A DNA stretch of 63,971 bases, counting the filler, from Sphacelaria rigidula (lineage: Eukaryota): assembly GCA_964200075.2 (NCBI GenBank). It is 7 parts of 7 records of this genome, joined end to end, with 100 filler letters (N's around TTAATTAATTAA, not from the genome) between each part and the next. Parts side by side here need not be neighbours in the genome. Positions count along the whole stretch, not along the records: positions 18,309 to 27,361 come from CAXNAA020009422.1; positions 27,462 to 36,514 come from CAXNAA020009423.1; positions 36,615 to 45,667 come from CAXNAA020009424.1; 4 more parts are not named here. One strand, 5' to 3'. Shown in pieces: positions 27,201 to 39,980 of this stretch. The notes under the pieces are model-generated. The model searched no databases. It was not told the DNA's origin and saw only the letters and a program-made list of their open reading frames with translations. How positions within the stretch are numbered: position 1 is the stretch's first letter; each line of letters opens with the position of its first letter. Made by a program: the position numbers and the translations under genes.

Positions 27201-29299
27201 GTGGATTTCCACTCCCGCACCCCCGCACTGTCAAGGCATCCTATGCAATGATGGCATCGTGTAAAAACTTGATCACACCATACCGAACCTTCCCCCCCCC
27301 CCCCCGCGCGCGCGCGCAAGATGGTCGTACTTTGTAGTGTTCAAAGGGTGAGACCCATGAGNNNNNNNNNNNNNNNNNNNNNNNNNNNNNNNNNNNNNNN
27401 NNNNNTTAATTAATTAANNNNNNNNNNNNNNNNNNNNNNNNNNNNNNNNNNNNNNNNNNNNTCCAAGACGTGTGTTGGCGATTTTCCCTGTTTGAGGGTC
27501 AAAAGCTGGGTCAAACGTCCCAAAAGTGAAAAATCCGTGGCCCAAAAATCTGTGCGCCTTGACATCCGGCCTGAAAGAAGCAAAAGCCTAAGGTATATAG
27601 CTCAATGTTATGCGGCGTAACCAGGGCGTACCGCATCTCATGTTTATTTGGATACTTTTCTACGGTAAACTCCCAATTTCCAGTGCAACTTTGCATGTGG
27701 ATATCTCGCCTGCGACTTCGCGTTCCATCATGAAATTTCGCGCACTAGTCCAACACAAAACAGATAGCACATGCGCGAAGCATTCGCGCCATTGGGCCCT
27801 ACACTTTCCTAAGACATGGTCACGAGCGGTTTATGGAATGTCGTCCATGCGCCCTCAAATCAGCTATACAGCAGCCCAGACTTTGCGCAATACAGGGGAA
27901 TGCATATATTTTGCACGCGCAGATGCACAAAGCTGGACATACTAAGCGACTGGGCGGCCGATGTGGTAGCAAATTGACACCGGTCTATACTGTGACCCTT
28001 TCTGGATCATCACCATCTGTGGTGTACCAATCCGCATACAGGCTGTACAGCTGCGCAGTTCATGACGCACGGCCCTACGCGCGCTGTGGCCGCTGCGAGG
28101 CGCTGAAACTCCGCTCATTTGCTGTGCGAACCACTTCAACAGTTCCACCTTACTATATCTGCTTTTTAATATTGAAAATTAAGAGGAGTCCTCGCTATGG
28201 CAGTATCAACGAATCATAGTGGGTCACATTGATTTTTTTTCATGTTCTTCTCTGGTTTTGGACGTTTCAGTGTTGCGCCGAAAAAACAAAATCTCGACTA
28301 CCTGAAAACCCGCATACAAGAGTCATAGTATAAGACTTCAGGTGGAACCAGCCGCAAAGTAGGTGTACTTCACACGGCCGTGGAGCTCCAATCCAAGGAG
28401 TGCAGGTCCGACACGCGACACCACTGCGAAGCTTTGAGCAAGGCAGGAGCGTTGGTGCTGGTTAATGACTGAAAAGGTGACGTTGAAGTGACAAATTACC
28501 GCGTTGGGTGGTGAGAACACTGTTGCTGTGCATCCAAACCTGGGGAGGGAAAGTTAGTTCGATGTGTGGCGACCACGCAGGTCCAACCGGGTCTGCAGGA
28601 CGGAGACGTTGTTATGCATCGTGTATAGATTCCATGGGGAATAGAATCGCGTGAAATCGTTCAGTGCACAAGGTTCGCGACACGATTATCCGCAGGCACC
28701 CCTGGTCGTAAGGTTGGACCGTGTGAAGTTTGACATTTGCAGCAGTTTCTTCATAAATTCCAATATAAACACTGCCATGCACCGCCGCTTGCTTTTGTAT
28801 TTACTGTACTGTATTTGATGTACATGAATTTATTGTGCTGTGTTTGAAGTAAAGTACAGTACAGCAAGTGTTGTGAGTGTCAGTATACAATAAGGGGTTA
28901 CGTCGCGTGCTGCTGGCTACAATGCTGTACACTGTTCTGGACATGGATATGTTCAGGGCATGTTCATTGACCCGCAGGAAAAGGGACCACGCACCCCGGC
29001 CACTGCAAGTGTAGGAAAAGCACTGTATTGGGGTCGAATACCCTGTTCGTGGAGACCTAATTGTATATATTCATCTGTTTAATATTCAACGGGGGTGCCC
29101 CGCCCCCTTCCTCGCGAAGCACGCCATTAACGAACGATGGTTCAGGCCCTATGTTATCGCCACGCTGTTATTCTCAGGTACAAACACCTCGCCTTTATTA
29201 CCCCCCAATGAATGACTTCGTTCCTGTGTCGTGAATGTGTGGGTTATGGCGGATACCAAACACGGTGACTGCCCATGTGTGTAAGCAGCTGAGCTGCAG

Positions 29300-29879
29300 A
29301 GACAGATCGGCAGCACATGGGTGATGGTGATCGCGGCCTCGATCGCGTATTCATGTCTGCCTTCCTCATTGCTGCGTGTTTGTCGCAGCTCTGGGATCAT
29401 GGACACGCGCCGCGGGGATACCACGGCGATAGACCACCTCTCTGACGAAGAACAACCACTCACACCAGTCCATGGCGGACGTGAAATTCAACAATCGCGG
29501 TTGGAGTACCACGTCTGAAGACGCACAGACGCCCATGACGAAGGCCAATGTTGTCATCAACATCTCGGAACATGCGCGTATCTACCCCACGGGGAGGATC
29601 GATCGTCTTCGGTGCAGGTGTAAGCCATCGGCGGCGGAGACACACCAGTGCAACGGCAACTGCAAATGCGCGAAGCTTGGGAAGAATTCCCATCCCATAC
29701 TGTGTGGGTGCAGGGGGCGGTGCGATCCTGCTGTCGACGCACAAAGCGTACCGGTTGCCAAAGGGTTGCAGCTGGTGATGGCGAATGAGGTGGATCCCGG
29801 GGGTGATGGCAGCGACGAACCAGAGACAAGCTCGGATGACGACTGCGAGTGCCGTAGCAGCACATCATCGGAGGAATGA
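29300..29879 (+). pseudogene. Frameshifted remnant with GW + CXC-like Cys cluster; resembles the C-terminus of Academ-type transposon proteins
   Basis: NNRGW...LRCRCKPSAAETHQCNGNCKCAKLGKNSHPILCGCRGRC followed by an acidic tail. An upstream frame reads QH...CLSQLWDHGHAP. The family assignment comes from motif recall only. Confidence 0.4.
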
Positions 29880-32800
29880 CGTGGTTCGCACGGAGACACG
29901 GCCGAGGACATACTGGAATGGTACTTGGACCGGATGAACGATGTGTGAGAGAGTGATCAACGCACAGGTATGATAACAAGACCTTCGGCGAAGGAGGTTC
30001 GCGTCGTTAGTCATGCACCCCGGTCCCCCCTCGTTTATTGTGATGCGCAGGCCCGTGCATCGCCCGCAATCCCGGAGATTTCTTCTTCTGTTTGATATTA
30101 TGTTGGATGGATTGGGCTGCGGTGGGTTGCAGCAATTGAATTGTTGCAATCTGTCAAATGTTGCAATCTGTGAGTTTGTAACATGAGGGGAGCACAATGT
30201 GGCTGCCGTAGATGGTATTGGAATGTGGCTGTCGATGAGTGAGTTTTGGGAAAGCATACCTCGTGGGAGTTGCGCGAGCATGCAACCGCCGATTGATGTC
30301 GATCAGTCATGCTGCGCGGCGACGCCGCCCCTTTTCGGGTGCTATCGTGAGGAACGCCCCCCCCTCCCTCTCCGTCGGGCTGAAAAGGAACACGACTGTG
30401 GCTCGCTGACCCTTTCTGCATCTATTAATTCGCGTGCGCGCTACATTTCGCCTCAGGTGCACGAAAAGCGGCGAAACCAGACTCTGAGACTGCCACGGGT
30501 TGTATCGCGGGTGGACGGAGACCATGTACACTGCAGGATGTACTGTGGTCTCATGGAAGGACCGGTTGTCGTTCACATTATGCGCTCGACATTCCAGATG
30601 TGCCCGCCGCGCGTGGAGGGGTCAACGGTCGTGATGTCGTATCGGCCTTTTTTGCCATAGAAAGTGGTACGATTTGTTGCGTATCGACCGACGCCGGCGC
30701 ATCGTGCGTTTTGATGTGGGCGCTCGGCATTCGATCGAACGGTTTTGCGGCCTGGACTTCCCGCCGCAGCGAAGGATACAGTGTCCATACCATGAGGGTA
30801 TTGAGTGTTGAGGGCAAGTGCTCTTTCTGCGGAGATGGCGCGTTTTGAAATGGATATGGTCACTTGTGCGGGCTCCTCCTATATGTTACTCCCTCGAAAT
30901 AGCAAAATAAACTGCGCTAGATTGCGAGAGTCATGCATTCTCCTTCACCAACAAAACGTATCGTTCACGTGACCTTCTATGATGTCATATCATGGGATTT
31001 CATGGGCTTCATTTCATCTTCGGTGTGATTTTCGCCGAAGTATGCGGTCAGGACCCCGCCCACGAGGGGACTGGTATCACTTGGGAAATCCAACGACATT
31101 ATTGTTTTTCGCGGCGTTGGTCTATGCCTCTGTTTTACTTATTGCGGAACTGCAATATCGGAGAAATGTTATATTTTGTTCTTCACAAAACGCACCGAAA
31201 GTGCTACCGTCCAGTCTCGCCACCAACGCCATTTATGATGCTTGAAATATTTGTGTGACTGGCTGTTGGCATTTCGCTGTCGATTTTCAGCCGACGGCAG
31301 GGTTGGGCGGATGTTGGCACCTCGGAATAAAAAGCTTTATTCGTCGACACCATCGTGAAGGACATTGATTGATAACCCGCACAACACTTTGTTTGTGGCC
31401 GAACCTGCACTCTCCATTACAGGGGCGGTCGCGTAACAAGAAAATTGCAGACCCGAGCACGCTCGCGTTTCGTGGACGCGACACTTTCGTTGGCGGCCGA
31501 AGTTGCAATTGCAATAACAAACGATACAGTTGTTGACTACAAATTCGTTTTTATTTGTTGGAAGCAAAGTGGATGGTTTGTAATGGTGACAACTTCGTTT
31601 TTTTCTTGTGCTTCATTCATTTTGTTCAGTTGGCCGCTCGTTGCTGACATGCATTTTATTCAGTCGGCCGCTTGTGGCTTACATTGCAATTTCGGGCGCG
31701 AGTACAGTCGTGACATAAACCTGGAACGGAAAATCGCTGCGGAACGGGATCAGCAAAGGTCACGGTTATTTCCGCTGGCTCTATTGTCAGTATCTTAGTA
31801 TGCGACATTTTCGAGCCGTAAATCGAAGATTTCTCAAAACCTTCTCGAACTCCATCTGCGAGATAATTACTCATGGGAGGGCAAACAGGTGGTTTCCATC
31901 AAGATACATTCTTCTACGCGATTAGTGGCCAGATATATTTACCGTGGTACAACAAAGACACACGAAAAGAAGGCGTTCGTTGAACCTGACCTTTGTCACG
32001 GCATCGACAGAATATTTGGCGTGGAGACACACCCTCAGTGGGGTGCGGGATCGCATCTGCGCGATACCTCAGCCCACAGTGCTTCTCGCTGTACACACCA
32101 TCAGGACGAGAAACAAGCGGAGTGTCTTCCATCGTACCCTGCACCCGACGCGTTCGCGAACCCCGCAGTTGTTGCCATCATACTGGGCGGGTGGCCGAAG
32201 GGGTGGAAATAGGATGGCGGTATCTCACCGAATTTGTGATATGCGGCGTAACCACACCTCATGTATCTTTTCGAGCGTTCAGTACCCAATTTTCCACTTT
32301 TCAAGCTTTACTTTGTTCGTGGATTCCTCCACGGTATCCCCACCAACCGGCTTCAAACTTGGCACGTAGTTACAGCACAACATGGACAGCATATAGGCTG
32401 TCCGACGGCACGTGATGGGTAGTGCACACAGTGGACGGAGCGAACACGGATTGTGGGTCATGCCGTCCATACACACTCAAAACGGCGTCTCTGCAGCCCA
32501 GACTGCGCGACACATCGCTGGATGCATGTTCTGACACACGGGTGCGTTCACTTCCACGTTATGACCTACTACCCAGCTTCTGCGCCGTGAAACAAACATC
32601 GATCTGTACTGGCACCCATTGCGGATGATGACATTCTGTGCGGTACAAATTCTGGTATTGTCTGTAGAGGTCCTCAATTCAGGAGGCACGGCCGTACACG
32701 CGCTGTCAGTACTTTTAGGCGCTGAAACTTCGTCCGCATGTCGTGTATATTATAGGCAACAACCTCATGTTGCTAAATCTGGAGTAGCGTTGTGGGTGCG

Positions 32801-34516
32801 TGCGTATCGGGGCGAAAAGATGTCGGATTCTGTTCCGAATCAAGTTTTTTTTTTTCTTTCGGCGCAACACTGAACGCGTTTTCTTGTGAAGAGCAATGAT
32901 TATTCCGACACTGGGCGCAGTCTGAGTCGGAAACAGGTCTGGAAATCTCAACGGACAGGCGCGACGGAAACACATGAGTCGCGACCTCTCACGGTTGCTC
33001 ATGCGTACACTGTACATGGTGAGTGTTTGTTTCACGGCAATCCATCTAGTATTGGAACAAGGCTGGCCGGGTGTGCAACAAACGTTACTCATCATGGAGT
33101 CGTTGGTCATTTGTGGCTGTGTTGAGGCAGCCGTGTGACAGAAACCATCATCTCATCCAAGATTTTGAATCAATTCTCCCCGACCCAAAAACGTTGCCAG
33201 TTGGTCAACAGCTACAGCCCGAGCTTTTCAATTGCCTATGTGTTCTGGGAGAATGAGATTAGAGGTTGAAGTGAGCTTGTATCTCAGGTCCGGGCTGCGA
33301 AGCATGTGTGTACACCATGGCAAGGGTAATTATTGTACCGTTGGTTCATGTTGCGGTTGACCGTGAACAAAGATCTGAGTCTTCGCGAATACGGTGGTCC
33401 GAAAACCTTCAAGCATAAGTCATGAAGAAAAGGTTGTCGCCACCTCGAAAACAAGGCCGCCGTTGGTTCATTTGGAAGGGCGCGGGGAGGGGGGGGGGAA
33501 CGCAGCGGCCAATCAGCATTCTCTTTTGCTTGTACACGAGCGGAGGCACCACAAAACAACTCCTACATAGCATGAAAAAACGTCCTCTTCCGAAAGAACA
33601 ACCACCACCAAAATTAATCTGGGGTGGAAATAGTTATTCCGAGTATTTACGGGCATGTTGGGCACGAGAATTCCGTCAGGAGGGCAGCCGATATTCGAAC
33701 AATCTGTGCCCACAGACACGATAGGAAGCCTACCCTGAACTCCATACCTGAGCAACCTAACCCGAATATATTGCACTCAATTCTTGAGCACGTTATAGCA
33801 GCACCATGACCCGTACTACTACCATGGTAGGTACTGGCGGTGTAGCCAGGGAGCTGTCAGCGTAGGGTAGCGCTATCATCGCTGCGCGGCAGTTCCTGAG
33901 AACCTTGAATCACCAGTCGGGTCATGTGCTGAATCGGGATTGAGATAAAAAAAGGAGTGATCGAGACACAAATAACCCGCTTACGGTCGGCGGGAGTAAA
34001 CTTGAGCTTCAGGAACTCCTGCCCGAGTGCCTTGTCAAGATTGACTGAAGTCACCACCGCATCGCAAGTTGCTCAGTTCATCACATACACATCGTTACTC
34101 AGTTCATCCCATGGATAACACATCGTTACTCCGTCCACCGCTTCACTCCTCGTTATTCATAAATTTACTGTTCTTGCCTGGACAACAGTCACATCATACC
34201 TAGACCGGCTCCAAACCCGTACGTACCTACAAGAGTCCAGTACTTCAGGAGCGGACTACAACAGCTACACGACACACAGTAGCACAGCCGGTTCCATAGA
34301 CCACCATGTACAAATTGCGCCTACTTTTCACGCCCAGTATCCATCAATGCCAAGAAGTATAGCGCCCACGCGATCCCTACGTGCCAATATCATACCCATG
34401 TAACAGTTTACTTTCGTGCGGTGCCCACAGTCTCCCGTGGCGGGATGTGCATTTAGTGGACTATTAGTTAGAGGTAAACTCGAGATTCGCGGTATCTTGC
34501 AGTATTTCACAGTTGA

Positions 34517-34616
34517 CCCCTTGGCCGCGAGGGTAGTTTATCTAAACCATGTATGTAGTTATATCAAGTGAAACTGATGCCGATTCAGCAGATGGCCGAT
34601 GCTCGCGGTCAAAGGG
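34517..34616. mobile_element. Decayed copy of the ~100-bp TTAA MITE family
   Basis: CCCCTTGGCCGCGAG...CTCGCGGTCAAAGGG, sharing the internal GATGCCGATTCA with 2116-2213. Confidence 0.65.
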
Positions 34617-35326
34617 TTGAATATATCGGAAACCTCGAGTTTGAGATACCTCTATTGACGACCCTTTTCATCCGCTATCGGTCCGACCGATTGTCGGTTT
34701 CCCGCCCAGCTTGCTGTCGTACTGTGATGAGTAAACTCAAGGGGTAATGAACTCCGGTATGGGGTACATTACGCGGCAAAAGTACGTCTAGTCGTCTTGC
34801 TACAAAGTAATTCATTACAAACTGCATGATCCACCCCCGTACAGGCCTGCAGGATAGACATGTACTCTACAGCCATTCTCAAGGTGGAGAAGTAGAGGCT
34901 AATTGGCCCGGACTTGAAGAGAAATAAAAAACTCGTCACGACAGTCAAAAGTGGGAGAAAGGCGCAAAGGACCCCAGACCCCAAAACTTCGTGCACATAT
35001 TCATATGCAAATTCAAATTTTGGCTGCGGCTACAAGGTCCGCGGCCATACTTCGCTCGAGCAGCTGCACTTCCCACCCCCATCTCTCACAGTCCGCAGCC
35101 AGTCTCTCATTACACAGCATCACCACTCCCCCATCTACCTTGAACGGAATACAGACGACCCGTCACCATCCTCGACCAAAACAATAGGGACATTTCCTTT
35201 TCCCGCCGACCGAAGATCGCCAGCAACTGCTGGAAATAATAGTTTGACCGCCGGACACCAAAGTGACTTCATCTACGCCTGCTTCCTCAACGCTCACCAC
35301 CCTCCGACGACAATCCAGCAAGTATC

Positions 35327-35393
35327 ATGAAGGCCAGTGCGATTTTTTTCACGGCCACTCTCGCCTCGGTTGGCATCGGTGTCGACGCGCAAG
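35327..35393 (+). CDS. First exon encoding a signal peptide (MKASAIFFTATLASVGIGVDAQ) of a secreted protein; downstream exons not on this contig
   Basis: ATG in the context atcATGa, a basic n-region, a hydrophobic core and a V-D-A cleavage motif, followed by a consensus donor AG|gtgaga (phase 1). Confidence 0.55.
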
Positions 35394-37741
35394 GTGAGAT
35401 GTCAGTTCTTGATTTGACGTTACCGCGCCAATACCGTGCGTCCATCGTGGCAACATTACCGTACACAAGCGTCCGCCTTTGGGTACCAGATCCGCGTGAT
35501 CAGCTTTCAAAACAGACTCAGTCGGCCCCACTGGATTGAGCTGAGTATCCTGTATCTGGGGTTCTGCAGCTCGTCCCCAGGCTTTCCCGGCACCTCTGAG
35601 TTCACGTCCACGAACTGGCTTGTATTCCCCGCGGACTGTTGTGTGATGTGCACACTGTCATAATATCCGTAGCTCTCTCTCGTAAAGTTCAGCACCGACC
35701 GTAGTAGTTTGATCCGAGCTCGTCCACTACGTTGGATCAAAGAACTATTTTAGTTTGCTTGCGGATAAATTCCCCGCCAGACCGTGGGACCTGCAACCCG
35801 CTCGTCCTCGTCCCATGTACACATTGTAGAGGGCGTCCAAAACGAGGTACCCGAAAGTCCCACTACGCTTCTGTTTACCTCAACGCGCCACTAGAGTGGG
35901 ACGGCGCGGCGGTCACTGCGGCACACGTAAAACCGCCCACTACTGTCGAACGGGCCCGTTTTAGTCCGTGGCCTTGATACAGATCTACTCGACCCACATC
36001 TGTTTCTCTACTGTGGAGTGAGCACTCTTCGATGCGGGCTCCCGATTGAATGCATGCCTCTTCACCCCTCTGCATCACTGTGGAGCTACACGTAGGTGCG
36101 CGATGACAAACGGTCTCGCTGATCATCTTTCAGTCGTTGATCTGCACCACATCTGAACCCACTTCGGGTGGAAACTTGTTTGTATTTCTCCCGAGACATG
36201 TCGTCACATTTTATATCGAAATTTCTAGGGCTGCATAAGGCGACAATTTGACCATACGATTACTGCATTGTGTCAATTTTCGTCAGATGGCAAATGTGGT
36301 TCGATGCATAGTTGATGTTGGTGAACGGTATCCCATCTGATTTTGTCGTTACACCTCACACTTGAACATGTTGCGAGGGAGAACCACTGTCGATCGTCGG
36401 GACACAAACCGTAGCACATATGTGGAGCACTTCTTCTGACACCTGAGCAATGCTACGGTAGGGGTGCACTTTTTTCGCGAAATTTTGTCTGGTTCAGAGG
36501 CTCCTAACGATTCTNNNNNNNNNNNNNNNNNNNNNNNNNNNNNNNNNNNNNNNNNNNNTTAATTAATTAANNNNNNNNNNNNNNNNNNNNNNNNNNNNNN
36601 NNNNNNNNNNNNNNCCCCCCCTCTGAAATTCGACACTTGAAGGGATACTCGCTGTTGAAAGGCGAAATTGCCTTTTGTCCACAGCCGCACAGAACGAAGC
36701 AGCAGCGCCTGCCGACACGCAACTAAACTGCATGTCATGAGAACTTGCGGCGAGAAAAATAACATGCGCACCGATTTTTTCGAATTTGCTATGTTGGACC
36801 TCTAAGAGCGCTAGATACTAATCCTCAACCCAAAAGTGCGATCGCGCAACGCGTAGAACTCGGCGACTAAGCAGAGGATTGGACTGCAGTTTCTTGCGTG
36901 CGCTTCCCACACACCCAAGCTAAGTCAATCTATTTTACTTTTGCGTTTGAGCGTGATACTGAGCCGAAACAAACCCAAACGTACAAAAATGAGGTGTTTT
37001 GTGCGCTGGCAGGGGGGTTTCTCGCTGCTGGTGTGACGCCAGGAAAATGTGAACTAGAATCCCCTAGATCTTGGGTGTATGCGGGGAGGTGTGAAGTGCC
37101 GTGGGCTGGCTTGCTTCCTGTGTCGAGAACCGCGCGATCTCCCGTGCTAGAGCTGTCCCATAGTGAACCAAGTTTATAAGTGATGAAGCGTGCGTTCTGC
37201 TCGAGAGGGCCTCGGCACAGGTGTGACCACCTACTGACGTTCATTATTACTCCGCACTTTTGTTTTTTTTGTTTGCCTCTCGCTGCTGCCCGAACTTGGA
37301 CGCATGTAGGAAGTATGTGGCTAAGCCCGACACAGTATTTGAGTATTGGGGGGAGAGTTTTGGGAACGGCAGGTCCGCCGTGAACTTCAACGAGCGCGAA
37401 TAGGGCCTTGAACCTGAAGAGAAGACTCACCCCCAGGGTGGGGTGAACTCGGGAAGCAGAGGGACGGTGGAGCTTACAGGGGACAGCATAGTGGTATACT
37501 CATCAAGCCACACGTAGGTCGACACATCCGGGAACCCTCAGATGTGCTAGCAAGCCAGAAAGGACAGCGCTGAGACGTCACCGGTGCCAGGGATGCAGGT
37601 GTTTGGTGAACTGCACGCTGAGCTGCGGTTGCCAGAGTCGCTGCTTGTTGCCCCCACCCGCTTCCCCGGCAACCAACGCGGTTTTCACGGGTGATACTGC
37701 GGAGTAAACGTCGGTGCACGCCGCCGACGTCATAACGGGAG

Positions 37742-37890
37742 GGGCGGGCCAACGGCGAACCGTGAGAGGGGCGCATCAGCGGCGAACCACGAAAGGGGCG
37801 GGTCAGTGGCGAACCATGGAAGGGACGGGTCAGCGGCGAACCATGCAAGGGGGGGGTCCGCGGCAAGCCATGGGAGGGACGGGTCAGGGG
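37742..37890. repeat. 27-bp GC-rich minisatellite, ~5.5 copies
   Basis: Unit GGGCGGGTCAGYGGCGAACCATGGAAG. Confidence 0.85.
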
Positions 37891-39656
37891 GCGTTGCGTG
37901 GAAGGGGCCAGGCGAATGGAGCGAGGAAGGCCCCAGGGGGCAGACGCTAATATTGGTCATGGTAGAGAGTCGCTCTGGCTCGACGGCGGGAGGGTGGTTG
38001 AAGAGGGATCGGATCCGGGAACATATCTGACCAGTAGATTTGTAGCAACGGCGGACGTGATGGATCCTCAGAGGGCGGGTGGACGTACTCAGCGAAGATG
38101 TCGATTTGAGATTCAGATTCCGAGTGCAGCGAGTCGGAGGGAGAGGATTCGATATCGGAAGCGGGCAAAGAGCAGGAGGATGAATTCGCGTTTTGATCTA
38201 ACCTTCAGAGAAAGTTGAAGGCATGTATCGTGTAGATAGGTTGCCCAGGTATCTCTACAACCGTGGCGGTTGTCTCCTCCACTAGGTCCTCATAGCCCGT
38301 GCCTTGCGTTGAAAGGAAGGGTGCGTTGTGCTCGGTGTGATGCGCCCTTGGGTGCACGTAAACACGGTGAGTAGTCCGGCGATGCCTCCGAACGAATCGC
38401 CAGTTGAACGCGAAGACAAGCATGGATGTTAATCAAACGGTTCAGAGAACACAAACCAGGTGGAAGCTATTGTGTCTTGCACTTAACGTATTGGAATACT
38501 GTGCGACCCGGCCACCGTACGCGCATCGACACCAATCTTTAGGCGGTGTCCAATTTTGTTCTGCACAGCGAGCGAACTGCCAAGCATCGTTGGTAACACC
38601 GATAGCAGCCAATCATCACAATTTGGGGTGGAGATTTCCGATGAGGATGACTACCCGGCAAGTCAAAATCTTGTTCTCCACACCACTTCTTCGGCATATT
38701 GTTGCATCCATTCACCTACTGGCAGCCATTGGCAACAACTCCACGCAAAACGAATTTGGATTCGGAGGACCGAAACTTTATGGTCCTCGTGAAAAATTGA
38801 TGTTGGGGAATGTAGGTGATCAGAACGGATTACGTACGTTATCCAAATATTGTTTTCACCTAGGATCCCGAATTTCTGGTTATTGGAATTCAGAACTGTA
38901 CGGCGTGCAGTGTTTATGGATAGCTACCGATATATTCAGGGATACAATAATATTTCGAAAAGTTGTGTAGATATGATGATTTTAGCTTTTCAAGTTATCA
39001 TCCTCAATGAAGATCTCCACCCTCAATTTTGATGACCGAATGTTCAATATGCTGGACGCTGGAGGAACAATATCGGATAATATTTTCCCTCCCTCTCTAC
39101 TTGTCAGTTTCTCACCGATATTCTGCCTGCACCACAGTCGATGTGTCCACCTATTCTTCGGAGCTAACACTGGCGCTATTCCAGCGGTACCACTATTTTG
39201 ATTCCGACAGCTTACGATCTCGCGGACGACCCAACGAGTCGGTGAAACGTGAATGTGCGTGATACGTTGCATGGCAATCCCGCAAGCACACTTCACGCGC
39301 CATCCCAGCGACAACGGGATGCACATGTTTGTAACGTCGTCCTACTTCCGGGAAATATCGGTTGTTCGTTGCATGTATGAGTACGGCAGAAAATATCCCC
39401 AATATATCTAGGGTGGTGCTACGGTACGTTATAGGGGTGCACGAACATATTCTGAGGTCCGAAATGTTACACGCCCTCTGTCTAATTCAAAACACGTCTT
39501 AAAATAGTGTTTTCGTTGAGAGTCCAGCGTTGGTTGGGATTGGGTTTTTATGTTTCACTCCACGGTTAGAACGAATCGGAGTTCATACGAGTTGAGTCCT
39601 TAAGAAATGAAAGGATTCAACCAGCATAGATGTTGGTCCCGCTGAGTCGAGGGTGG

Positions 39657-39980
39657 ATAACACATATGCAGCGCAGGCATCTTGCGCGCACTATAGCTGG
39701 GAGAAAAGTACGCGTGATTCAGGGCCCACGAAATGACAAGATTTAAGCTGCATAAATTGTTGGTACCGCACTAACCGGAAAGTGGGAAAAACATACGGGC
39801 GCTCACCTCGAGCGACTCATAACACATATGCAGCGCAGGCATCTTGCGCGCACTATAGCTGGGAGAAAAGTACGCGTGATTCAGGACCCACGAAATGACA
39901 AGATTTAAGCTGCATATATTGTTGGTACCGCACTAACCGGAAAGTGGGGAAAACATACGGGCGCTCACCTCAAGCGACTC
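39657..39980. repeat. Direct tandem duplication, 2 x 162 bp
   Basis: 39657-39818 and 39819-39980 differ at about four positions. Confidence 0.95.

Noticed and set aside
30200..33250. Protein-like fragments on contig 4
   Set aside because: There are many stops and no motif I could assign; probably old TE debris.
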